A stretch of DNA of 64,000 nucleotides from Vicugna vicugna (taxonomy: Eukaryota): contig MU057378.1 of NCBI GenBank assembly GCA_013265495.1, forward strand, positions 62,001 through 126,000, given 5' to 3'. Both the position numbers and the translations under genes were made by a program. Positions 1 through 11,710 of this stretch are shown one piece after another. The notes beneath the pieces are model-generated. The model had not been told where the DNA came from, made no database searches, and saw nothing but the letters and a program-made list of their open reading frames with translations. Every line of letters starts with the position of its first letter. Positions within the stretch are counted from its first letter, which is position 1.

Positions 1-334
1 TCAGACAGATATCTCTTCTCCTCAGTGATTCTCTTAACACCGTCTGGGAACTCGCCGCTGCCTCGTGGCCAGCAGAAGCTGCTTCTCCTGTTATCCTGAC
101 ATTTTTTTTAAGCCAAACCTCCTTCTAAAACCATCAAACCATCCTTTGATGGCATTAAACTCTCCAGCTTTAGATCCTTCACATTCCTTTTGCTTTAAAG
201 GGTTCTATAATGATTTCAGTTTTTTCTTGAATCTTATTAGAGTCTTTAGGTATATCTTTCTTAAAGCAATCCTGTACTCATGCAAAAGCTGCAGTTTTGG
301 TATGAGATAAAAAGCTATTTAGCAAAAAGTGCCA

Positions 335-940
335 AGTTCTCATGCTTGCTGGTGTAGCTGCAGCAATGGCTTCATAAATTTCCTTTTCTTTTTTTTTTTT
401 TATAACCATAGTCCTTACACTGGATTCATTTATCTTGAAATGGCAGCAACCACCACTGCAGACCTCAACCTACCATATGTTATCAAGCAATTCAAGTTTT
501 TCTTGTAATGTCATGACTTGGCTTCTTGGCACATTTAGCGTCACTAGTGGCACATCATGGGTCCAATGGTGTTATTCAGGGTTGATGGTGTGACACCAAA
601 CATGATGAAAAGAATGCAAGAACCACAAGAGATCATTTTTTACTGTGATGCACAATTTGGTGGAGAGACAAACTGCTCACGGGAAGATGATGAGCATCAC
701 ATGGCATTTTAAGCAGCAGCAGCAACAGGAGGTGGCTACAAAGTTACTACAGTAGGACGGTGTGTGCTCCGGTTAATTCATTCTGGTACAATTTTTCCCC
801 CAGTTTTATTGAGATATTATTGACATACAGCATTGCTCAAGTTTAAGATGCACAGCACAATGATCCGACCCACATATATTGTGAAATGATTGCTCATTCT
901 GGTATGATTTAATACTGACTCTTTACATTTATTTACATTT
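335..940. mobile_element. Tigger7/MER44-like TcMar DNA transposon remnant, interrupted by a short L1 3' fragment (~790-895)
   Basis: Resembles recalled MER44 consensus (ttcttgtaatgtcatgact...cactagtggcac...gagatcatttttactg...agcaacaggaggtggctac...ctttacattt). The nested L1 tail is flanked by a repeated tcattctggta. Confidence 0.6.
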
Positions 941-1546
941 NNNNNNNNNNNNNNNNNNNNNNNNNNNNNNNNNNNNNNNNNNNNNNNNNNNNNNNNNNNN
1001 NNNNNNNNNNNNNNNNNNNNNNNNNNNNNNNNNNNNNNNNNNNNNNNNNNNNNNNNNNNNNNNNNNNNNNNNNNNNNNNNNNNNNNNNNNNNNNNNNNNN
1101 NNNNNNNNNNNNNNNNNNNNNNNNNNNNNNNNNNNNNNNNNNNNNNNNNNNNNNNNNNNNNNNNNNNNNNNNNNNNNNNNNNNNNNNNNNNNNNNNNNNN
1201 NNNNNNNNNNNNNNNNNNNNNNNNNNNNNNNNNNNNNNNNNNNNNNNNNNNNNNNNNNNNNNNNNNNNNNNNNNNNNNNNNNNNNNNNNNNNNNNNNNNN
1301 NNNNNNNNNNNNNNNNNNNNNNNNNNNNNNNNNNNNNNNNNNNNNNNNNNNNNNNNNNNNNNNNNNNNNNNNNNNNNNNNNNNNNNNNNNNNNNNNNNNN
1401 NNNNNNNNNNNNNNNNNNNNNNNNNNNNNNNNNNNNNNNNNNNNNNNNNNNNNNNNNNNNNNNNNNNNNNNNNNNNNNNNNNNNNNNNNNNNNNNNNNNN
1501 NNNNNNNNNNNNNNNNNNNNNNNNNNNNNNNNNNNNNNNNNNNNNN
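941..1546. other. Assembly gap (N run)
   Basis: Run of n. Confidence 1.
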
Positions 1547-1652
1547 GGTATTTTTCTTTCTTTTCCTGACTGACTTCACTTAGAATGATGGTCTCCCAGT
1601 CCATCCATGTTGCTGCACGTGGCATTATTTTATTCTTTTTTATGGCTGAGTA
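1547..1652 (-). mobile_element. L1 ORF2 end/3' fragment
   Basis: Minus strand translates AATWMDWETIILSEVSQEKKEKY, the typical L1 ORF2 C-terminus. Confidence 0.85.
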
Positions 1653-1951
1653 ATTGAATACTGTTAACTCTTATGTATGTGTAATGGGCCGGGGAAAGGG
1701 GTATCACTCAAAGTTACCATGAAAACAAAGCAGCCATCTCCTCTGAAATGTCTGGGGGCAGATTACTTCTGGTTTCATTAGGCACCGTCCGCCGCAGTGG
1801 GGCTCCACATTGATGCTCACTAGGACTGCTAGGCAGGGAGGGGGAGTCAGAGGAGGGAAGTGAGTCCTGGAACCAGGCAAACCCAGGGGAGGTGGGATGG
1901 AACATACCTGGGGAGGGCCTGGGTCTACCTACACCCGACAATACCAGCTCC

Positions 1952-2070
1952 GGGGAGTGGGTATAGCTCAGCGGTAGAGCGCGTGCTCAGAGTCCGTGGT
2001 CCCAGCACCTCCCTTAAGGGAAAAACAAACAAACATCAGCACCTAAAAGCACATTACTCCTCTCTTCCCA
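1952..2070 (+). mobile_element. Diverged tRNA-derived SINE
   Basis: gggtatagctcagcggtagagcgcgtgct A-box head, followed by an A-rich tail. Confidence 0.7.
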
Positions 2071-2504
2071 GTCCCCGCCATCTCCAACAACACTCGGCTG
2101 CTGCCTAATTTCTGAACTTCCCCGGGGTGGTAAGACTTTCCTTGATTCCACTGCACCTCAGTTCCTCCAAAAGTGTGTCAGAGCTGCCTGTGTATGAAGA
2201 TGGGGAGCTGTCCTTCATCTTCTGAGCACCCCCCTTATTTTAAAAATTAAACATTAAAAACACAGTATCAAGAAGGCGATCCAAGACAAGATCAGTAACG
2301 GGCATTGATGAGGGGGAGAGCCGGGTTTACCACTGGCTCCTTTCTGAGTTGTAACTCACCACGTGATGGGAGGCCAGCCTCAGCACGCAGTCAGCTGTGA
2401 CCTGAGAGGGACTGCAATGGCCTCAGTACAGAAAGGATCACACTAGGGCCTTCCCACACCATGCTAAATCCACACACACACACACACACATTCTCTCATA
2501 GCCT

Positions 2505-2866
2505 CCCATCTTAGCCTGCTCAGGCTGACATGCACAATTCCACAGCCTGGGCGGCTTGAACAACAGAAATGCATTTCTGTGGCTCTGGAGGCTGGAAGGC
2601 CACGATCTAGGTACTGCAGTCTCACTGAGGACTCACATGACTTCTTCGTGTGCTGAATGGGAGAGAGACAGAGAGACAGAGAGACAGAGCGAGCACGAGC
2701 TTCTGGTGTCTCTTCTCACCAGGGCGCTAATCCCAGCATGAAGTGTCCACCCTACCGACCTCCTTGAAGCCTGATTACTCCCAAAGGCACCGTCTCCAAA
2801 TGCCTTTCCACTGAGGGCTAGACTTTCACATATGAATCCTGAACACAAACATTCAGCCCATGACAG
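2505..2866 (-). mobile_element. MaLR (MLT1-like) LTR
   Basis: tcttagcctgctcaggctg...ggcttgaacaacagaaatg...ctggaggctggaag...catatgaat...aaacattcagcccatgaca pattern. Confidence 0.65.
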
Positions 2867-5224
2867 CCCCCAATTCACAATACATAGCACCCAATGCCTT
2901 GCATGCTTCGAGCTCTGTGAACCATGCATTCCTCCCTGGAAAGCACCGTCGCTAGCGGTAACACATCCTCTGTGGTTGTACAGAAAAAGACGGCCCGTTG
3001 TCCATAGCTCTTTGTATGCCATAGGCTGTCTTCCTTCCAATGACTACTGCTTGTCGGACTTGTCACACGGACACACACAGGGCTGTTTCCTTCCAAACAA
3101 CACCCCTCCTGGCTTGTAGTCCCCACCTCGTCCATCTACGGCTGAACGGCTGTTCTACCAGTGCGTCGGTGCAAAGGAAGCCTCAGTGGCTATTTCCATC
3201 CTGAAAACAAGAAGCCAAGTATTTGCACACACTCTTTATGGAGATGTATAAAAAGTCCACCTGAGGTGGGGCGCCTCCTTATTCTATTAGACAAATTGCG
3301 TGGTACTCTTTGCCATTAAAACAGAAGATGTCAAAGCATCCTTACATGAAAGAAAATTGATTTTTACAAAAATTCTACAGGGAACATATTTTGTTGGCAG
3401 CTTTAAATTCCCTGAATTAAGAAAAGTAAATTTTTTTTTGTTTGGTTTATTTTCAGAAACAGGAAAAAGAAATTTTTTTTCTTAACTCCTGTAACCAATT
3501 TAGAAGAGACAAGATGGAAAGGAAGTTGGTGAAAACAGGGGTGGACAGAAGTGCAGCCCCTTTGAACTAAGCAGAGGAACAAATCCTACAGGACCACGAC
3601 ATAGAATGAAAACTCCATCGTTGACAACAGAGACTGAGAATGCTGGTCTCCTTTGAAAGTCTGGAGAAGCAGCACAGAATAGCAACACTGGCCATCGTGA
3701 TGAATGCAATTTGTGCACTACAAATGGTGTGTTTTTAATAAGTTCTTATACTGGTCTATCTCTTTGTTCCAAAGATCCAAAGCCTCCCCAGGTCATTTTT
3801 CTTCTTTCTGATCAGAGCCTCCTTTTTCTAGCAAAACCACAATGCCAATATTAATGGTATAAAATGGATCCGAATAAAAAACCAATTGTGTAACATTGCT
3901 GTAATACCTCCATCCCTGTGAAGCGAACGGCATTGACCGAGGAGGGAAGGTTGGGTGTCATGTCCTGAAGGATATTCATCTGAGCTGGAACATGCCGACT
4001 GTGGGAGTGACAACACCCCGAGGGAGATGGAAGGAAGGACAGCTGTTTGTTCCACTGGTACAGATGTTGGGCAATTCAGGGTCCTGACAAAACCACCGGC
4101 CTCGCAAGATAGTCATGTCCCCTTGACAGCAAACCATCCCCCCTGCACGAGGAAATTCACCATCTTTATCTCCAGAAGCTTAGCAACTAGAAGTCATGGC
4201 TGAAAAAAAGCAAAGCGTGCAAGTTGAGAGATCCTTTCTTACCCTTTCAGACATTGAAGATATGAGATTAGGAGGCTGATCCTTGAGTTTCTTCATAAAT
4301 AATTCCCTCTATTTTACTTAAGGGAATATTCAGAAAAACTTTAATTCAGAAAAATAGTGCTGATTCAAGTTCTAAGTTAGTACACTTTAACTCCAAGTCT
4401 TCTGAAATACAGCGAATGCATGTGTTCACTTACTCCACAATTATTTCCTGACAGGTATTGTGCATATAATGTGATGCTAAGTAACAGAAATTCAGATGGA
4501 TGAGATACGGTACAGTTCAACAGTGGCCTCAAAGCACACAGCTGCTGTCCTGTTTACAAGTCTAAGCACCACCTCACAGAGGTGTCTGCCACCGCCAGGT
4601 CAAATTGTCCTCCCAAATATGTATTTTTCCATGTAATAAATCCATTTCATCATGATAGGGGAGAGGTCATGTGAACTATTGGCTTAAGGTCAGTGTGGTG
4701 TCCCAGTTGTGTGAAAAAGAAATAATTTGGGGACTCAGAGGACTGTAAGCTTCTCTACAGCAGTTGAGGGGGCATGTCTTGAAGAACCAGACTTCTGTGT
4801 CCTCGTCTATAAAGCTGACATAACACCACCTACCCAAATACATCGGGAGATGGTCGCATAGTACCTCTCATCTTTCCTATGCTACATGATCACCCTACAA
4901 TATTCTAATTATAGATACTTACGTAAATTATCTCCTTCCCTCATAAGCCTCAATAATCATGGCTTTCATTATTATGTCGTAGCTTGGCTGTCCAGTTCAA
5001 GAAAGTTTCCAAAAGGGAAGATTAAGGTTTCAGCCTTGTGCCTGTCCACATTAGCTGTCCTGGCCCACTTATATTTTCATTCTGCATCTGAATTCCAATA
5101 TTACGTGTCTTTTGTGCATTAGATTTCAAGTTCCAGACCATCATATTGCAAAAAAATTGTGATTTTTTTAATGTAAAAACAAAGATAAATAAAAGAAAAT
5201 GAGGTTTTAAAAATAGGTTGTCTT

Positions 5225-6151
5225 GAGAGGAGCGGCAACCTGCGGGTCAGCGGGCCCGGAGGAGCCGTGTTTCTGCGGCCGCCCGGCGCGACACCCTGTC
5301 CGGATCCAGCATGTAGGTGCCGGGCGGCTGCCATGAACTCCGGAGCCATGAGGATCCACAGCAAAGGACACTTCCAGGGTGGAATCCAAGTCAAAAATGA
5401 AAAAAACCGACCGTCTTTGAAATCGCTGAAAACTGACAACAAAACCCCAAACAAGTCAATGAAGCAAAGTTTCAAGACGCTGGACAGGAGGAATAAAGGG
5501 CGTGGCCCCTGAGAGACAGGAAGTAAATGAAGTAGGCCTGACCACTGCCCCAGCTTACTCCTTGAAAGAGCATCCAGGCCTCCGTACAGAGAGGGGGAGC
5601 CCAGGCTGAGCCTGATCAGTGCTCTGAGTTGAGTAGACAAGGTTAAGAGTCCAGGGAGACCAAAGAGGCTGCTGGGACCAGAAATCAGATGGGAGGGAGC
5701 CACCCGGAAACCTGCAGAGGGTTCCCTTGAGAACTCAACTGAGTGTTGATCAGCACCTGTGTGTGAGCTGGGGAAAGAACCACCTGGAACAATTGTTGGG
5801 CAGCGTGCCAGTCATATTATCAAATGCCTTATCATGGGGAGTAAAAATTCTTCATATTGATGACATTAGATACTACATTGAACAAAAGAAAAAAGAGTTG
5901 AATTTACTGAAGAAATCAAGCACTTCTGTAAGAGATGTGGGGAAAAGAGTAGGGATCAGCACTCAAAAAGCAAGAACAGGTAGACTCAAAAAGCCTTTTG
6001 TAAAGGTGGAAGATATGAGCCAACTTTATAGGCCATTTTATCTTCAGCTGACCAATATGCCTTTTATAAATTATTCTATTCAGAAGCCCTCCAGTCCATT
6101 TGATATGGATAAGCCGTCTAGCACCCAAAAGCAAACTCAGGTTAAACTAAG
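5225..6151 (+). pseudogene. DBF4: Processed DBF4 (ASK, CDC7 activator) retrocopy, disrupted and running into a gap
   Basis: GC-rich 5'UTR 5225-5332. ATG 5333 gives MNSGAMRIHSKGHFQGGIQVKNEKNRPSLKSLKTDN (DBF4 aa 1-36). 5814-6151 gives ILSNALSWGVKILHIDDIRYYIEQKKKE...KKPFVKVEDMSQLYRPFYLQLTNMPFINYS...QTQVKL (aa ~158-270, motif M) without introns. It starts right after an L1 endonuclease-type site tttt/aaaaataggttgtctt. Confidence 0.92.
5441..5813 (+). mobile_element. Old L1 (L1MC/MD-type) 5' region fragment inside the DBF4 copy
   Basis: Matches recalled L1M 5' motifs: tttcaagacgctggaca, ccctgagagac, tgccccagcttact, gagtccagggagaccaa, ctgcagagggttccc, ctggggaaagaaccacc. Confidence 0.65.
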
Positions 6152-6618
6152 NNNNNNNNNNNNNNNNNNNNNNNNNNNNNNNNNNNNNNNNNNNNNNNNN
6201 NNNNNNNNNNNNNNNNNNNNNNNNNNNNNNNNNNNNNNNNNNNNNNNNNNNNNNNNNNNNNNNNNNNNNNNNNNNNNNNNNNNNNNNNNNNNNNNNNNNN
6301 NNNNNNNNNNNNNNNNNNNNNNNNNNNNNNNNNNNNNNNNNNNNNNNNNNNNNNNNNNNNNNNNNNNNNNNNNNNNNNNNNNNNNNNNNNNNNNNNNNNN
6401 NNNNNNNNNNNNNNNNNNNNNNNNNNNNNNNNNNNNNNNNNNNNNNNNNNNNNNNNNNNNNNNNNNNNNNNNNNNNNNNNNNNNNNNNNNNNNNNNNNNN
6501 NNNNNNNNNNNNNNNNNNNNNNNNNNNNNNNNNNNNNNNNNNNNNNNNNNNNNNNNNNNNNNNNNNNNNNNNNNNNNNNNNNNNNNNNNNNNNNNNNNNN
6601 NNNNNNNNNNNNNNNNNN
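6152..6618. other. Assembly gap (N run)
   Basis: Run of n. Confidence 1.
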
Positions 6619-7745
6619 GGTAAGTTACATCATAATCAAATCATTCAAAATCATGAGAAAGAGGGAATCTTAAAAGCAACTAAAAGAAAAATACACCCTA
6701 TTTATAGGGGTACAAAAATAATGATAATAGCAGATTTCTCATCTTAGAAAGACACAAGAAAATAAAAGTACAAACTAGAAACTGGGAGAAATTATTTGCA
6801 AAGCCCATATCTGATAAAGTGCTTGTAGCCACAATATTTTTTTTTAAACTCTCAAAACTGGCTAATAAGAAAACAATCCAATTTTAAAAGGCAAAATCAT
6901 TTTGGGGGAACATACACTTCATCAAAGAAGATATATGGATGGCAAAAAAGACATGCAAAGATACTCCATGTCATTAGTCACAGGGGAATGTGAATTAAGA
7001 TTATAACTGTGTAGCACCACCCACCTATTAGAACACCGAAAATTAAAAAGACTGACCATAACAAGTGTTGGCAAACATGTGGAGGAACTGGAACTCACTA
7101 CTACCACACTGCTAGTGGTCATGTAAAATTTGAAGTTTGTCACTTTATTAGAAAGTTAAATACACCCACATCACATGGCTCAGCCATTTTTCTCCCAGGC
7201 ATTCGCTCAAGAGAAAAGAAAGCATACACCCATACAAATACTTGTGCACAAATGTTTGTAACAGTTTTATCTGTAATTGCCAACAACTGGAAACAACCCA
7301 AGTTTCCATCAACAGGAGAATGGGTAAACAAACTATGGTACATCCATTCCCTGGAACATTACTCAGCAATAAAAAAGAAATGAACCGCTGATAAATTCAA
7401 TGACATGGATGATTGTCAAAATAATTACACTGAGTGAAAGATGATAAAAGATCACATACTGTGTGAATTCACTTATATAAACTTTAGAAAATGCCAGCTT
7501 ATATACAGTGACAGAAAGAACGGTGGTGGTCTGGGGACTGGTATTAGGTGGGAGGAGGGGGGATTTCAAAGGGGCATAAGGAAAATTTCGGAGGGAATAG
7601 AAATGTTCATTATTCAGATTATGTCACTACTTCCACTGGTGAATATGTATGTCAAAAGTTACCAAAATGTATACTACAAATGCGTGCTGTTTATCATACG
7701 TCCATCATATTGCAAAAAAATTGTAATTTTTTTAATGTAAAACAA
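6619..7745 (+). mobile_element. Old L1 (L1MC/MD-type) ORF1 remnant plus ORF2/3'UTR end
   Basis: atcttaaaagcaact...atagcagatttctcatc (ORF1-like), then gtgttggcaaacatgtggaggaactggaactc and aactggaaacaacccaagtttccatcaacaggagaatgggtaaacaaact. Confidence 0.8.
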
Positions 7746-7789
7746 AGATAAATAAAAGAAAATGAGGTTTTAAAAATAGGTTGTCTTTT

Positions 7790-8045
7790 TTAGAGTAGGT
7801 TTAAGGTCACAGCAATATTGAACCAAGGTGCACACACCCCATTCCCCACACATGCATAGCCTCCTCGCTTACATCCACAGCCCCCACCAGAGTGGTGCAC
7901 TTGTTGCAGTCAATGAACCCACACTGACACATCATCATCACTCAAACTCCAGAGCTGACATTATGCGTCACTCTTGGTGTCGTAGCCAGCATTATGGTAT
8001 CATACAGAATAATTTTGCTGCCCTAAGAATCTTCTGTTCCCCATC
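7790..8045 (-). mobile_element. L1MC-type 3' end
   Basis: ttttagagtaggtttaaggtcacagca...ccccaccagagtggtgcacttgttgcagtcaatgaacc. Confidence 0.65.
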
Positions 8046-11000
8046 TAGAAAATGAAATTTTTATTTAACTTCTCTTAATACTTTCATTTTCACATGTATC
8101 TAATGTGATAATGATTATAAAATTACATTTGCATCTTTTTGACGAACTCAACTACCTTTTGGAAAATGAGTAAATGGTCAAAGAACATATAACTTGGACC
8201 ACTGGGAAAATTCACCTTTAAGTGATATTTGTTCAAGTACATTATAGGTAAAACTTTCTACGCAAGCGTTCCGGAGTTCATGCTTCTTTTAAGAACTGTG
8301 TCACTGCCCGGCTGATCTCCTGCGTGCGTCAGGCTTTTGGACTGAGTGTTGAAATGATTCTTGATGTGAAAAGATTTCATACTGAGACTCCCTGGTGAAC
8401 ACTATAATGAAGGTTGTTGAGTGATATGGTTTTTTGTTCCCACTTTGCCAGTACACTGACCCCCAGGTATTAAGTCTCAGCATGAAGTTGTGTCTACATT
8501 AAATTTATACAACACAGTCACCCATAACACTTCCGGGATTTTATATCGTGGTGCCAAGGTCATCTTCTCTCAGTTTTGCAAAACCACTGGGCCCTAAACT
8601 TATGGCCGCTGCTTATCAAAACAGTATTTTTAAAGATTTTTCTTATCAAAGTCATGTTTGACATGAACATCAGGGCAAAATTTCCCTGTGCCATTACAAA
8701 GTTCCTTTATCACCTTATTTTTTCGTGACTAGTTGATTGTCTGCACATGATGTGTCATAAGCTCCAGGAATTTTTCCAATATAACATTCACTGATTAGAG
8801 AATTTCAGAAAAAAAGAAAACCTTTAGAAAAAAAAGTTCCTCTGATTTTTTCCATTGTATTTTCATCAATATATTACCAAACTACTTTAAATATTGGATT
8901 TTATCACGCCATTGATGAGTGTTCAACAATGATTCTTCATAATCCACCACCTACAGTGGAAAACAAGGACATTTTTTTATAAGCACAAACCACATTAAAA
9001 TTCAGAGAATCCTAGGCTAACACTCAAAAATAGAAAATCACATTTATAGTGCATTTGATTTCTTGTTTCAAATAAGACAACACACGTTTTCAGGAGCCCT
9101 AAAAATTGTTTTGATGTCTTGTCTTGGTGTCCTTGGAATGACACCATTTTTCAAAGTTTTGGTACAGGTCACAAAAGGTAAATAAATTCATGTCTTTATT
9201 CTTTTTAGGGGAGGGTGGGAAGGGGGAGGCTATTCAGATGTTGGTAAAATTAGACTTACCATAGCAAGAAGGCCCAGTGTTGAAGACTGTTTCAGTGACA
9301 TTAGTTTATTCTTACTATGAGGACCCTGTAGTTTATACACTGAGATTTCATTCAACAAGCCAAGGAATGAACTCTAACAGGAACGTCCTAGTTCACCTTC
9401 CAGTAAAGCCATGATGGGCCAAATGCATGTACACACTTCTAAGGGGAAGTCCACAGAGTCCTTGGTCCGCAATTAACTGAGAAACAGCACAATGGAATGA
9501 TACCCTCTTACACAGGCCCAATTGTATATCAAATCTTCGGCATTTTCAACTGTGATCATAAGATGTCCTGCATGATGTCGGACTCCTAACGGTACAAACA
9601 GAGGCCCCACATATGGCCTGAAAGTATAACAGTAAATAGCACAAAGTAAAAGGGAAATTAGTTAAACTTCATTGTGTGGAAATCTAGAAGTCAAAAGTAA
9701 CTACAAAAATTTACCCCTGAACGTGCTCATTAGGCTAAATAACCAACAGTGGTGTGTGGGGGACACTTTGTAGCACATGGACACCAAGGATGGTCAGGAG
9801 AGAAGAGGCTTTCTCTGGATGTTGGAAACAGCTACACCCTCAGGGGGTTAAAGGCTGGAGCAGAAAATGTTTGGGAAACAGACGCCATAATAGAGAAACA
9901 CAAATTATAACTGAAATGACATACCATAGGTTTTATCAACTTGGAAAAAACCTTCTTAGAGCCTGGGGTTGTTAGTACGTTGCTGATACAAGTATAAATC
10001 TCTACGCTTTCTCAGGGAAAGCAATTCGGCAACGTGTATCAGAACTGCAAGCGCCCGCCCCCTCTCACACAGCCGTCCCACGTCCGGTAACTCTGCCTAC
10101 AAACGCACTCACGCATGCGCAAAGTGACCCGTGCACTTAAGTATACCTAGTGAGCGCCAACTGCATACCAGCTACCATTCTAGGTGCTGGGGACAGAGCA
10201 GCAAACAGTAGGGTCTCATGGAGCTCATACTGGTCAGGGGGGTAGGCTGTAAATGAATCAATGCATAATGGGTCAAGTGGCAGCATGAAGACAGAGTAAG
10301 AGGGGTCGGAAGGAAGGAGGTGGTTTACAGAAGGCAGCTGAGGGGGTGACGTTTCAACAGGGATCTGGCGGGATGAAGAAAATGCTAAGCAAGGACCTAT
10401 GGGATGAGGGCTCTAAATACACAGAATCATTCCCAAAAGTTCAAGGCAACCTAAAGAGTTGCCAATAGGAGTCTGATTAAATAGCCTGTAGGTGGGGGCT
10501 GGTTAGACAGGTAGCGAGTATATAAAAAAATGCGTGCATTATACAATATATGTCTAAACATAAAGACAAAAACGATCTGGCGGCCACAGAGGCGTGCTGG
10601 GCGTCTGGGGTGCCGACATTCCTAACAGACTCTCTCTTTGTCCCTTTTGAACGATGTACCACACGCATGCGTGCTCACACACAAAACACCACATGATGTG
10701 GTTCATGTTAAATAAATGTGCAGATTTGACTGAGGTAAAAATATCTATCTTGCTTAAACTCTGTCTGGGAGTTCTGAACATCCCAAATGATAAGAGTCTG
10801 GAGCCTACAATGCCTGGAGAAGTTTCTGTACAAATACACACCACGTGTGCTACGCTATTTCTGGACTTTCTGGTAAAGACAGGGTCCGGAACAAGAAAAA
10901 AATTGTACCTTTGGAAAAGAGCAATTCGAGCAATACATCATTATCATCTGTGTCACTCTGCAGGACTGAATGTCACAGATCCAGTCTCATGCCGAGTTTT

Positions 11001-11329
11001 TAGGAATTCACACACACACACAAAGATTTTATATTTTTCCCTTCTAGATTTTAATGGAAGTGGTCCTAAAGCAAAAGCCTGTAATTCAAAACAAATTCAA
11101 ACCAAAAACTAGCACAAGTCCGAAGAAGCACACAAACACTGAACTCGGGGTCCTCATGAAAACCCACAGGAAACACCTTCGATTTCCCCGTCTTTGCCTT
11201 CATTTCCCGGAGCAATGTGACCTTGTGGAGAAGTCACAGGTTCGCTGGAGGCAGAGGCGACAGGACAGAAGACAGCGTTCGTTGGAGGACAGGTTTCCAG
11301 TGTTTAACTGACTCGCTCCCTGATGGGGG

Positions 11330-11710
11330 CACACATCCCGGGAGCGGTGGCCGGTCCCCAGCTGGTCTCAGCGACACTGTACACGAGGTGGGGATGGCCC
11401 TGTGGGCGGGCCCGCCCCGGGAGCGCCGGTGCCCGTGAACCTGGGCTGCCCTCCTGGCGCCCTCCCCCGGGCTCGGGCTGCACCCTCCCCCGCTGCTGGT
11501 AACTCCCGCTGTTATCCCACTGAGCAGCCTTGGTAAGCAGAATTCCTGGGGTTCTATTCGTCTTCTTTACTTACTTTCAAGGCTGAGATTTAAAAAGTGT
11601 AAACGTTACAGAGGACGTTGAAGCTAGGGAGGTGGTGGCCGGGGCAGGGATCACCTGCTTCTGCGGGCGGGGTACCACCGTCCCCGAGCTGTTCCTTGGT
11701 AACGCTCAAC
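11330..11710. promoter_or_regulatory. Small CpG-rich island; possible promoter or enhancer
   Basis: High GC with many CpGs, GC boxes (gggcggg ~11404, ccgccc ~11412, gggcgggg ~11665) and a consensus donor G|GTAAGC at 11532/11533. Confidence 0.45.

Noticed and set aside
929..1625. Long ORFs across N runs (also 5727-6623 beyond 6151, and 43460-44585)
   Set aside because: Their length is produced by unknown bases, not coding sequence.
5119..5703. 194-aa minus-strand ORF
   Set aside because: Antisense shadow across a probable chimeric DBF4/L1 junction; no recognisable domain.
5225..6151. The functional DBF4 locus itself
   Set aside because: No introns, interrupted frame as assembled, and it begins at an L1 endonuclease-type site.
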